A stretch of DNA of 60,136 nt, counting the filler. It is 5 parts of 5 records of this genome, joined end to end, with 100 filler letters (N's around TTAATTAATTAA, not from the genome) between each part and the next. Parts side by side here need not be neighbours in the genome. Positions count along the whole stretch, not along the records: positions 32,235 to 39,936 come from DRR723986_13695; positions 40,037 to 60,136 come from DRR723986_13730; 3 more parts are not named here. One strand, 5' to 3'. Both the position numbers and the translations under genes were made by a program. The notes below the pieces were generated by a model. That model saw only the letters and a list, made by a program, of their open reading frames with translations. It made no database searches and had not been told where the DNA came from. Of this stretch, positions 38,582 to 47,662 are shown in pieces (the stretch's first letter is position 1; every line of letters starts with the position of its first letter).

Positions 38582-39712
38582 ATGGATCTGCACGCAAAAT
38601 ACCCCGGTCTAAGCGACCTGAAACGCCGCGCCAAACAGCGCCTGCCCTTGTTTGTTTGGGAATATCTTGACAGCGCCACCGGGCAAGAGGCCACCAAACA
38701 CCGCAATCGCGCCACGCTGGATGCGATCACGATGATGCCCTCGATCTTGCATGGCCCGATCGATTTCGACACCAGCGTCACCTTGTTTGGCCAAACACAC
38801 CCCCTGCCCTTTGGCGTGGCGCCTGTGGGCATGTCGGGGCTGATCTGGCCCGATGCCGAACGCCAATTGGCCCGGGTGGCCACGGCCACGGGCATTCCCT
38901 ACACCCTGTCCACTGTTGCCTCGGCCGATCCTGAAACCGTGGGCCCTTGTGTGGATGGCAAAGGCTGGTTTCAGCTATACCCGCCCAAAAACCCAGAGAT
39001 ACGCCGCGATTTGCTGGATCGCGCCCGCGCGGCTGGCTTTCGCACCTTGGTCATGACCGTCGATGTGCCCGTCGCCAGCCGGCGCGAGCGGCAAACACGC
39101 TCGGGCCTGACACAGCCACCGCGGATGACACCGCGCCTGCTGGCCCAAATCGCCATGCGCCCGGCATGGGCCATGGCCACGCTGGCCCATGGCCGCCCGC
39201 GCATGCCAACCATCGCGCGCTACGCCAAAGACAAACCCGGCCTGCCGCCCACCGAACATATCGGCTATTTGCTGCGCACCTCGCCTGATTGGGATTATTT
39301 GCGCTGGCTGCGCGATGCCTGGGATGGCCCTTTCGTGGTGAAAGGCGTGATGGACCCGGCAGATGCCCCGAAACTGGAACAGGCCGGGGTGGATGGGATC
39401 TGGATTTCGAACCATGCCGGGCGGCAATTCGATGCCGCCCCCGGCCCCGCCGAGGTGCTGCCCACCATGCGTGCCGCCACCAGCCTGCCACTGATTTATG
39501 ACAGCGGCATCGAAGGGGGCTTGGATATTTTGCGCGCCTTCGCGCTGGGGGCGGATTTCGTGATGATGGGGCGCGCCTGGCATTATGCGCTGGCCGCTTT
39601 GGGGCTGGATGGGCCTGGCCATTTGATCGAGATGTTCCAAAAGGATCTGCAGGCCAATATGGGCCAGCTGGGCCTTGAAACCCTGCGTCAGGCCGCCAGC
39701 CGGCTGCGCTAG
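38582..39712 (+). CDS. FMN-dependent alpha-hydroxy-acid oxidase/dehydrogenase (LldD-like)
   Basis: APVGM, WFQLY, TVDVP, VKG, SNHAGRQFD, DSGI..G.D. Confidence 0.9.
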   Translation: MDLHAKYPGLSDLKRRAKQRLPLFVWEYLDSATGQEATKHRNRATLDAITMMPSILHGPIDFDTSVTLFGQTHPLPFGVAPVGMSGLIWPDAERQLARVATATGIPYTLSTVASADPETVGPCVDGKGWFQLYPPKNPEIRRDLLDRARAAGFRTLVMTVDVPVASRRERQTRSGLTQPPRMTPRLLAQIAMRPAWAMATLAHGRPRMPTIARYAKDKPGLPPTEHIGYLLRTSPDWDYLRWLRDAWDGPFVVKGVMDPADAPKLEQAGVDGIWISNHAGRQFDAAPGPAEVLPTMRAATSLPLIYDSGIEGGLDILRAFALGADFVMMGRAWHYALAALGLDGPGHLIEMFQKDLQANMGQLGLETLRQAASRLR

Positions 39713-39826
39713 GCGGCGTTATCGCTAACCGTCGCAGGGATGAGGCAAGGCGTCGCCTTCGCGTTTCAAGTTTGTTGTGAAATGTTACAAAAATCTAACA
39801 TGCAATCCCTGCCCGGGGCATTGCTC

Positions 39827-39838
39827 TGCACCGCAGCA
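39827..39838 (+). promoter_or_regulatory. Candidate PhaR (AniA) box upstream of pyc
   Basis: TGCACCGCAGCA fits the TGCRNYGCASMA-type alphaproteobacterial PhaR motif. Confidence 0.45.
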
Positions 39839-39891
39839 TAAGCCTAGCTAGGCGCAGCAACAGACATGACAGTGCCAAAAGGAACCTGCCA

Positions 39892-39936
39892 ATGCCCGAT
39901 TTCAAGAAAATCCTGATCGCCAACCGCGGCGAGATT
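39892..39936 (+). CDS. pyc: Biotin-carboxylase-domain protein N-terminus, probably pyruvate carboxylase
   Basis: MPDFKKILIANRGEI, truncated by the contig end. Confidence 0.65.
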
Positions 39937-40036
39937 NNNNNNNNNNNNNNNNNNNNNNNNNNNNNNNNNNNNNNNNNNNNTTAATTAATTAANNNNNNNN
40001 NNNNNNNNNNNNNNNNNNNNNNNNNNNNNNNNNNNN
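39937..40036. other. Artificial contig spacer
   Basis: N-run with TTAATTAATTAA. Confidence 0.99.
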
Positions 40037-41416
40037 GCCGAAGTAGACGTCGGCGGGTGTGACGTTGTTGATGCTCTCGTGATGGCGCTGATGGTTGTAG
40101 TGATCGACGAAGGCCTCGATCTGGGCCTCAAGGTCACCAGGCAGGAAGTAGTTTTCCAGCAAGATCCGGTTCTTCAACGTCTGATGCCACCGCTCGATCT
40201 TGCCTTGGGTCTGCGGATGATATGGCGCCCCGCGCGAGTGCTTCATGCCTTTGTGCTGCAGCCATTCGGCCAGATCCCCTGAGACGTAACTTGAACCGTT
40301 GTCGCTCAGGAGGCGAGGCTTGTGGACAACATGAACTTAGTCACAGCCAGACGCTTGCAAGGCGAGGTCGAGTGTATCCGTTACATCCTCTGCCCGCATG
40401 TTGGTGCAAAGCTTCCAGGAGACGATGTAGCGACTGTAGTCATCGAGGACCGTGCTGAGATAGAACCAGCCCCAGCCGAGCACCTTGATGTATGTGAAGT
40501 CAGTTTGCCAAAGCTGGTTGATGGCTGTCGTCTTGTCTTTGAATTCACTCGCGGCCTTGAGCACGATGAACGCCGGGCTGGTAATCAGGTCATGCGCCTT
40601 CAGCACGCGATACACCGTAGATTCTGACACAAAGTAGCGCTCTTAATCAGTGAACGTCACAGCAAGCTCGCGCGGTGATAGCTCTGTCTCTTTCAAGGCG
40701 AAGTCGACAACCTTGCGTTTCACCTCATCCGGCACCCGGTTCCAAACGTGTTGTGGCTTGGGAGATCGATCTTGCAGCCCGGCCTCACCACGCTGCAGAT
40801 AGCGGTCGTACCAGCGGTAGAACGTGGTGCGCGGGATGCCCTGTTTGGCCAATGTCTGGCGAGCAGACAGATGGCTTTCCTCGACCAGCCGGATGATCTC
40901 CAGCTTCTCTGATGCGGGATACCTCATTCGTCGTCGCCCCCATCGCCTGTCATGCTTTTTTTGAGAAGTCACAGTTCGAGCGTCTGTTCCGCAACGACCT
41001 CCTTGAGATCCTTTGCTTCGCGGCGCAGTGCCTTGACCTCGTCAGTGTTCGCAGCCCGCGCTGTGTCACCAGCCAGCCGCTTCTTACCGGCTTCCATGAA
41101 GTCCCTCTCGGGACATTGCTACGCAATACCCTGACGGGCAACGCCTTAGACCATTTGTAGTAGATGCCCTGAGAAATGCCCTCACGGCGGCACAGCTCAG
41201 CAATGCTATCCTCACCGCGCAATCCATCCAGCACGATGCGGATCTTCTCTTCGCTGGAATAGTGCTTGCGCGTGGCGCGCTTGATGTCTTTGACGATCTT
41301 CTCGCCAGGGCTCTTGGTTGTCTTTCTCATCGTCCACTCCTCAGTGGCTACGATGAGCAACAAACACTCTCTTAGCAAATAACCCTATTTGGACCCATAA
41401 GCGCTGAAGTCAGACA
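40037..41416 (-). mobile_element. Decayed IS3-family insertion sequence (pseudogenised orfA/orfB)
   Basis: orfA YSSEEKIRIVL...IAELCRREGI; orfB WQTDFTY, LLSDNG, QGKIERWH (DDE). In-frame stops at 40337, 40643 and in orfA; 41-bp insert; end TGTCTGAC at about 41416. Confidence 0.88.
41104..41144. repeat. 41-bp palindromic insertion in IS orfA
   Basis: CCTCTCGGGACATTGCTACGCAATACCCTGACGGGCAACGC interrupts YYKWSK|DFMEAGKKRL. Confidence 0.75.
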
Positions 41417-41547
41417 GAGACAGACATCAAACGCAACAATTTGCCCGTGCACGTGGGTTTCAAGTACCAGCCTTGCCCCCAATCATAGGGGCGGACCACT
41501 TCTTTGACTGAGGCACATACTTTCTGGTTCACTCAGAGCGAAGCACT

Positions 41548-41865
41548 CTATTGCCTATCTAAATTTTTTTTGCTTTTTCTGATGATACGTAGATTGTTAA
41601 CAACAACATAAGAGTAGACCAGACACAAAAACCACATCATCAAGATTGCCTCATCTTGATACAGAAGGAGTGCAGAGATCGTTACTAAGACCAACTTTAC
41701 AGCAATCCAACCGATTGATCCGAGCTTGCGCATACACCAGGCAATCACAGGGTTTGCTTCGCGAGCCCCAAACCTTAAACCTAGAATTGTCGTGATAACA
41801 TCTCCAAGCTGAAGGAAGCCAAATAAGGACAATGCAATAGTCCAGTTTGTTAGAGTTATAGCCAC
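41548..41865 (-). CDS. Small membrane protein, DUF5658-like
   Basis: GDVITTILGLRFGAREANPVIA...IAVKL; three TM helices; AT-rich; AAGGA RBS before GTG. Confidence 0.72.
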   Translation of the reverse strand: MAITLTNWTIALSLFGFLQLGDVITTILGLRFGAREANPVIAWCMRKLGSIGWIAVKLVLVTISALLLYQDEAILMMWFLCLVYSYVVVNNLRIIRKSKKNLDRQ

Positions 41866-41888
41866 GACGGCTTTCCTTTTTGCGTGTT

Positions 41889-43104
41889 TGAATAGCTCCG
41901 AGTTTCTCAGATACCCTGCAGCTTCCGTTGTTGTTGCCTTTCAAAGTCCGCTGGTGACAACATCCCATTTCTAACGTGCTTGCGCTTCGGATTGTAGAAC
42001 ATCTCGATGTAATCGAAAACGTCAGATCTAGCATCTTCTGCTCTGCGACGGATGCGATCGCGTTTAAGCAGGTTGAAGAAACTCTCGGCCACCGCATTGT
42101 CATAGCAATTTCCACGTCGGCTCATGCTGTGTTCCAGATTTTGGTGTTTGAGAAACCCCGCCCAATCAATGCTGGTCAACTGTGATCCTTGATCAGAATG
42201 CACCAAGACTTTGCTGGTTGATTTACGTCGCCAAACGGCCATGAGTAGCGCCTGTAATACCAAATCCGTTGGCTGCCTGTTTTGCATAGATCAACCTACG
42301 ATGCGGCGAGAAAATAAATCGATCACGACTGCCAAATACGAGAACTCTTCGTGCGTTTTATGTAGGTGATATCTGTCACCCAGACGCTGTTGGGAGTCTC
42401 GACGTCAAATTGGCGATCTAGCGTGTTGTCAACGAAAATTGATGGCTTGCCACCGTACTTGCCTGGACGGCGTTTGTACCCGATTTGCGCGGATATCCCA
42501 GCTAACTTAGCCAGTCGAGCCACGCGGTTTGGGCAACAGGTCTCACCCAGATCGCAGAGATCATCGTGCAGTTTACGATAGCCATAAATATTGCCGCTTT
42601 CTTCCCAAGCCTCTTTGATCACCTTGGTCTGGCGGGCATCCTCCTGCGCACGTTGGCTCAACGGATTCTTAACCCATGCATAGAAACCACTAAGAAGCAG
42701 ATGTAAGCAACGGCACATGGCGCGACCCCCAAAGATCGGCTGATGCTCAACCATAAACGCATACCTCACTTTGCATCCCTGGCGAAGTACGCGGTGGCCT
42801 TTTTTAGAATATCGCGTTCCTCAGAAACGCGGAACAATTCTTTCTTCAACCTTCTGATCTCAGCAGCCTGTTCTGTGGCCTCGGTGATCTGTTTGCGCGG
42901 TTGCGAAAACAGGGCCTTCCATGTGTAGAGCGACTTTGCGCTGATCCCTAATCGCTCCGAAACCTCAGCAACCGAATAGCCCCGATCCACAACCTGTGCG
43001 ACCGCGTCGCGCTTGAACTCATCTGTAAATCTAATCCCTGACATCGCTGTCTCCTTGCTTCCAAAATTACCAAGCAAGGCGTCTACAAATTTAGGGGCTA
43101 TTCA
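41889..43104 (-). mobile_element. IS3-family element with degenerate orfB
   Basis: Terminal IRs TGAATAGCTCCGAGTTTCTCAGATACC / TGAATAGCCCCTAAATTTGTAGACGCC. orfA 42766-43044 (FTDEFKRDAV...EERDILKKA); orfB WVTDITY, HSDQGSQ, DNAVAESFF, split by a frameshift and a stop. Confidence 0.92.
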
Positions 43105-43681
43105 CACTTTGTGCTTCAACTGCGCGTAACAATGTCCGTGGCGATACACCCAGCTCAACTGCAATATCGGCCAGTTTGATTTCCCCTGTTCTGATACGCT
43201 GAGCCGACCGTCGTGCCTGTTCATCTGAGACGGCCTTAGGGCGTCCGACATGCACACCGCGTTTGCGTGCAGCCGCCATACCTGCCTTAGTGCGCTCGCG
43301 GATGTTTTCACGCTCAAATTCCGCAAAGACAGCCAATTGCCCGTAGAGCATGCGCCCGATAGCCGTGGTGGTGTCGATACCCTGGGTAATGGCTTGGAAA
43401 TCTACGCCACGATCCCGCAGATCGCTGAGCAGCTGCAATAGGTGCACGGTAGAGCGCCCCAAGCGGTCGAGTTTCCAAACAACCAATGTGTCACCGCTGG
43501 TAAGGCTTTTCAGCATCTCATCGAGCCCGATCCGATGCTGGATTGCCCCGGACACCGCATGATCGCCATAGATTAGATCACAGCCCGCTGCTCTCAGCGC
43601 ATCGATTTGCAAGGCTTCGCTTTGGTCCTTGTCAGAAACACGGATGTATCCGATTTTACGTCCCTTTTTGGTGTTATTCAT
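43091..43681 (-). CDS. Small serine recombinase (resolvase/invertase)
   Basis: IGYIRVS, VVWKLDRLGRS, AEFERENIRERT..G...AR..G...GRP, C-terminal HTH. Its last codons lie inside the IS IR. Confidence 0.93.
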   Translation of the reverse strand: MNNTKKGRKIGYIRVSDKDQSEALQIDALRAAGCDLIYGDHAVSGAIQHRIGLDEMLKSLTSGDTLVVWKLDRLGRSTVHLLQLLSDLRDRGVDFQAITQGIDTTTAIGRMLYGQLAVFAEFERENIRERTKAGMAAARKRGVHVGRPKAVSDEQARRSAQRIRTGEIKLADIAVELGVSPRTLLRAVEAQSVNSP

Positions 43682-43744
43682 GCCTTGATCGTAACAGGCA
43701 AAATCAAGCTCACAATCGGCAATCATCGCCAAATCTCCGTTGCT

Positions 43745-43880
43745 AAAAGGGTTCCCTTTTGAACCCCGCGTAGATCAAGGGTTTCAGCGATATCATCTCC
43801 TCAAGATTTCTGTGGAAAACCAAGGGTCGGGTGACATCACAGGCGAATTATGCCAATAATACCAAAAGGGAAGCCTTTTG
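43745..43880. promoter_or_regulatory. Candidate res site
   Basis: Related palindromes AAAAGGG-TT-CCCTTTT (43745-43760) and CAAAAGG-GAAG-CCTTTTG (43863-43880) upstream of the resolvase. Confidence 0.5.
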
Positions 43881-43916
43881 ACGCACTCGCACAAGCCACC
43901 GAGTGAGGATTGTCAA

Positions 43917-44189
43917 ATGCCCCTGAATACTTCCCAAAACACCGCTCGCTCCGTAGAACTTCGCCGACTTGGCAAAGTTGGGTTGGTTTGCCTGATGTGT
44001 ATCGGCACAGCCATTGGCGCAATGTTGATGATGCGGGCTGGATACAACGCAGATCCGGGTGGATTGCTGCATCTTGTTCTGACCCTGTCGTTTGTCCTGA
44101 CCCCTGCATGTTTGTTCTGGTTGCTGTTTCAAACCCTCAGCACACTCACCAGCTCGGCAGGTCCCTCCGGCGTCTCACAACCAGAGTAG
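43917..44189 (+). CDS. Hypothetical small two-TM protein
   Basis: GAGGA RBS, two hydrophobic helices, convergent with dotA. Confidence 0.55.
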   Translation: MPLNTSQNTARSVELRRLGKVGLVCLMCIGTAIGAMLMMRAGYNADPGGLLHLVLTLSFVLTPACLFWLLFQTLSTLTSSAGPSGVSQPE

Positions 44190-44202
44190 ACTTGTAAACG
44201 GT

Positions 44203-46983
44203 TTAGGCACCAGCCTTTGCTGGTGGCTGAGTAGGTCCCGGCCCACCACCGTCGGGTGCGCCACCGGGTGACCCGGCTGCATCTCCTGCGATCCGCACGG
44301 ATTGAACCGGGTTATCGGGATCCATGCCCTGGCGGCGCATCTTTCCGCGCTCAAAACCTTTTTGCGAAGATTGCAATCCGCCTTTTCCGCCACCGACGAG
44401 CTGTGACCCTGCGCCAAGTGCCCCGATCATCAAGGCTTGTTGACCGTTAATCGGATCGCTGCGGCTATCACTGAATGGCGAGATACCTGCACCCAACCAT
44501 CTCAGCATGCCCTTTGGCACATCATCAATCAGCTTAAAGCACATGAGAGCAATGTTATACGCAAGGAACACAAAGATGACCGTGTAGACGATCAATCCCA
44601 CCGGACCAGTTGTTCCCCCAGTCAATTCATCGCGCGAGATCGATACCGCAGAGTCAAACAGGGACGAGAGGTAGAACATGGACGCGCCAAAGATGACCGA
44701 TCCGCCAATTAGGCCAATCACGATCAGCGCAGGACGGATAAGGATCATCAGCAGCAATTGATATCCACCGATAGCAGCCGAGCCCGGCATGCCATCCCCG
44801 TCAATTCTAAGATGCGCCAAGGCCCAAAGTGGCATCGCAGCAATCGCTTCAAATATCTCTAGCACCCAGCCTAGCACTGCAAAGGTGAAGTAGATGAATG
44901 GGATCAGCGGCAATACATAAGCCAGCATACATCCAGCCAGAAGGCCGATGACACCAATGGCAAACAGGATGGACATAGCCCCTTTCAACACACCGGACAC
45001 TTCCTCAAAAGCACCGCCAATGAAGGGGATTTTGCTGAGGGCTCCGGGTAACAAACTCAACGTTCCCGATAGAGCACCAACACCAAACATGATAAACGAC
45101 CCCGTGATCATGTGATGACCGCCCTGCGTGAGCTTAGCCATAGGATCAAGGGTTGGGTTTTGCTGCAGATCCCGCAAAGGTCCACCGCCAAATATCCCGG
45201 CAACCGCATCCGCGACCATCTGTGACCCATCTGAGTACAGATCATTGTCAGGCAGTGTGAAAGTCGTGCCGCCATATAGAGAGTCTTGTTGGATATGCTC
45301 AGCATAGGTGTCGCTGGCAAACCGGATGGTTTGCTCAATCCGTTCAGCCGAGGAGCCGCTGAGCCCCATATTGCCCACACCAAACCAGCGCATAAACCCA
45401 CCGCGTGCACGGGATTCACCTTCTTCAACATCCGCGACATTGCCAAAGACCGGCACACCTGAACTGATCGCCTCCATGTATTGCTGATTGATCTTAGCAA
45501 TATTGCTGAACCACATGCCCGCAGCACCCCAGCCTTGCTGAACCATAGTGGTTCGATTGCCGTAGGTCGCACCTGTTATCTGGTCATAGGTCAGTTCCAA
45601 CTCGGTTGAGAGCGCTGCCGCCGCATCGTTAGTGACTTGGCGGATATCGGCGGGGATCGACGCCAAGAGCGCATCCTGGCCGAACTCTGGTTTTCTATTG
45701 ATCTCGATTTGATGGCGGGCGATGGCCAGCGCGGCTGGTCGCACTGCCTCTGCAATGGCCCCGATCTGGGTGACATATTGCGCCTTTACCCCTTGGTGAA
45801 TATCAAGCAGCGCACTGCGGATTGCTCCCCCAGCAAATCCAGAGTCTGAGGCATCAACCGCTTCATCAAATTCAGTCAGATTTACCCTGACGTAGCCACA
45901 GGTATGTTCATCAATGTCATCTCCCGGGGCATGCCGGTCCCATGTGATGACAACTGCAGATTCTTGGAACATCTGTGCCAGTGCAATCATATCCGCCGGG
46001 CTGGAGAAGTTCGCGACCTCGGATTGATTGCCGTATTTCTGCAGGATCTGGACCTGTTGGACATTGCCCTCGTTGATTTGGTTGTAAGACGCAGCACACA
46101 CTTCACTGAGAAAGATCCGGTTCACCAAATCTACAGTTGTGGCTTCGGGTGGTCTCGTGGTGATATTGCTTGGCTCGGTAAAGGCATCAACAAAGGTCGT
46201 CCAAACCATTGTGCCCAGACCAGAACCCATTTTGGCCGTCCACAATGTCAAGTATTGCGCTGAGTTCAAACCCGATCCAAGCGGTACCAGCAAGCCAAGC
46301 GCGACCACCAACCGGATTGGAGCCCAGAGGCTGTTAAACCGCTGGCCAAAGGGCGTGCCCGTTTTTGCCGCCTCTCCTATAACAGTCATGATGTAGTAGA
46401 TGATGATCACCACCGCGATCACCATCATTGCCATGCTATAAAAGCTCAAAACAGCATGCAGGCCGAGATAGACCGGCGTTCCGACAGGTTCACTGGCTGT
46501 ACCAAAGACCCCTAGGCTTGGGCCAAAAACCTGATCCATCATTTTGAGCACCACATCGGTTGGCACATGGGCGGTCGGTGTTGCGAAGAAATTGGTTGTG
46601 GATGATGCTTGCGCGGTGCCCATGACCGCATGAATCGCAATCAAAGCCGCCTGAATGGCAATCATGATGATCCCCGACACAACCGCGCCAAAGATGGCGA
46701 TCTGATCAATGTTCTTTCTGGACCATGTGATGTTATTGGCTGCGATGGCCAGAACCTGACGCACGCCAAACTGACCAATATGGGATGGATTTAGCGCGGG
46801 ATGCCCTTGAGGCATCAGTCGTGCAGAATGTAATATGAGCGCAATAAGATAGGCAAAGTGGCCAAAATGCAGGCCGAGTTCTCGAATACGTGGCATGATC
46901 TCTGGCCGCGTCGCATAGCGCCAAAGCGCCTGTGCGTTGTCTTTTGATAATATCCCTGTGCCTGTTCTTGTCTCTGCTCTCAC
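44203..46983 (-). CDS. DotA/TraY family type IVB secretion membrane protein
   Basis: TAKTG-like EAAKTGTPFGQRFNSLWAPIRLVVALGLLVP...GLNSAQ, GWGAAGMWF..IA, YVLPLIPF, EAIAAMPLWALAHL..DGDG, RPALIVIGL, FKLIDDVP...LRWLG. Confidence 0.87.
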   Translation of the reverse strand: MRAETRTGTGILSKDNAQALWRYATRPEIMPRIRELGLHFGHFAYLIALILHSARLMPQGHPALNPSHIGQFGVRQVLAIAANNITWSRKNIDQIAIFGAVVSGIIMIAIQAALIAIHAVMGTAQASSTTNFFATPTAHVPTDVVLKMMDQVFGPSLGVFGTASEPVGTPVYLGLHAVLSFYSMAMMVIAVVIIIYYIMTVIGEAAKTGTPFGQRFNSLWAPIRLVVALGLLVPLGSGLNSAQYLTLWTAKMGSGLGTMVWTTFVDAFTEPSNITTRPPEATTVDLVNRIFLSEVCAASYNQINEGNVQQVQILQKYGNQSEVANFSSPADMIALAQMFQESAVVITWDRHAPGDDIDEHTCGYVRVNLTEFDEAVDASDSGFAGGAIRSALLDIHQGVKAQYVTQIGAIAEAVRPAALAIARHQIEINRKPEFGQDALLASIPADIRQVTNDAAAALSTELELTYDQITGATYGNRTTMVQQGWGAAGMWFSNIAKINQQYMEAISSGVPVFGNVADVEEGESRARGGFMRWFGVGNMGLSGSSAERIEQTIRFASDTYAEHIQQDSLYGGTTFTLPDNDLYSDGSQMVADAVAGIFGGGPLRDLQQNPTLDPMAKLTQGGHHMITGSFIMFGVGALSGTLSLLPGALSKIPFIGGAFEEVSGVLKGAMSILFAIGVIGLLAGCMLAYVLPLIPFIYFTFAVLGWVLEIFEAIAAMPLWALAHLRIDGDGMPGSAAIGGYQLLLMILIRPALIVIGLIGGSVIFGASMFYLSSLFDSAVSISRDELTGGTTGPVGLIVYTVIFVFLAYNIALMCFKLIDDVPKGMLRWLGAGISPFSDSRSDPINGQQALMIGALGAGSQLVGGGKGGLQSSQKGFERGKMRRQGMDPDNPVQSVRIAGDAAGSPGGAPDGGGPGPTQPPAKAGA

Positions 46984-47056
46984 GTCATCCTCAATGTAGT
47001 TGTCTTTATAATTTACTAGAATTTATCTAAAATTAGGTTAATATTGATGACCTATT

Positions 47057-47578
47057 ATGAATGAAGTAAAACCCAAGTCAATTGCGAAGCGCCTGGCCCT
47101 TGAGATCCGGGACAGTACTGACCTGCCCCAACATCAGGCTGAGATCTTCCGCGCCTTAGGACATGCTTTGGGACTGTCGCATCATCTGCGCCCAAGCTGT
47201 GTTGCCAATATTTTAGACATGCCATCATTGCCGAAATCAGCACCAGAGCTTTATCGCGACCGCACTGATCCAAGAGAAGGTATCTCTGCATTCTTACAGC
47301 GCGTGTATAAAACCTGGCTGGGCAAAGGCATGACCCGCAGCCATCTGAACGATCTCGATAGCGCCGCCTACACCGCTTACAAGAACCTCTTATATTATCA
47401 CGGTGAAGGTGTCGGGATTGATCTTCCCACCAAGGGCGAGCAGATCGATCTGGATTTTGCTAAGTTGTCCGCCGTCAATGACCCTGTGTCTCGTCAAGCT
47501 ATGGAAGATGAGATTATTGCTCTGCGCCGCATCCATCATCTGTTGGAAAGTCGCAGCCCCCAAGGAATGACACTTTAG
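47057..47578 (+). CDS. Hypothetical protein
   Basis: 173-aa ORF divergent from dotA across an AT-rich gap. Confidence 0.65.
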   Translation: MNEVKPKSIAKRLALEIRDSTDLPQHQAEIFRALGHALGLSHHLRPSCVANILDMPSLPKSAPELYRDRTDPREGISAFLQRVYKTWLGKGMTRSHLNDLDSAAYTAYKNLLYYHGEGVGIDLPTKGEQIDLDFAKLSAVNDPVSRQAMEDEIIALRRIHHLLESRSPQGMTL

Positions 47579-47619
47579 AAGTTTCAATTTCTGCAATGCC
47601 AGGCCATACATATGTGACC

Positions 47620-47654
47620 ATTTCTAAAGTGATACTGGCAGTTACTTTAAAAAT
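47620..47654. promoter_or_regulatory. Candidate AbiEi autoregulatory operator
   Basis: ATTTCTAAAGTGA-N9-TTACTTTAAAAAT imperfect inverted repeat; extra half-site CACTTTAGAA at 47571. Confidence 0.55.
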
Positions 47655-47662
47655 CTGCTATT

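Noticed and set aside
39892-41416. IS inserted into pyc
   Set aside because: The two are separated by an artificial spacer and belong to different contigs.
41480-41500. ATAGGGGCGGACCA as a remnant IS end
   Set aside because: Too short, with no partner IR or transposase remnant to support it.
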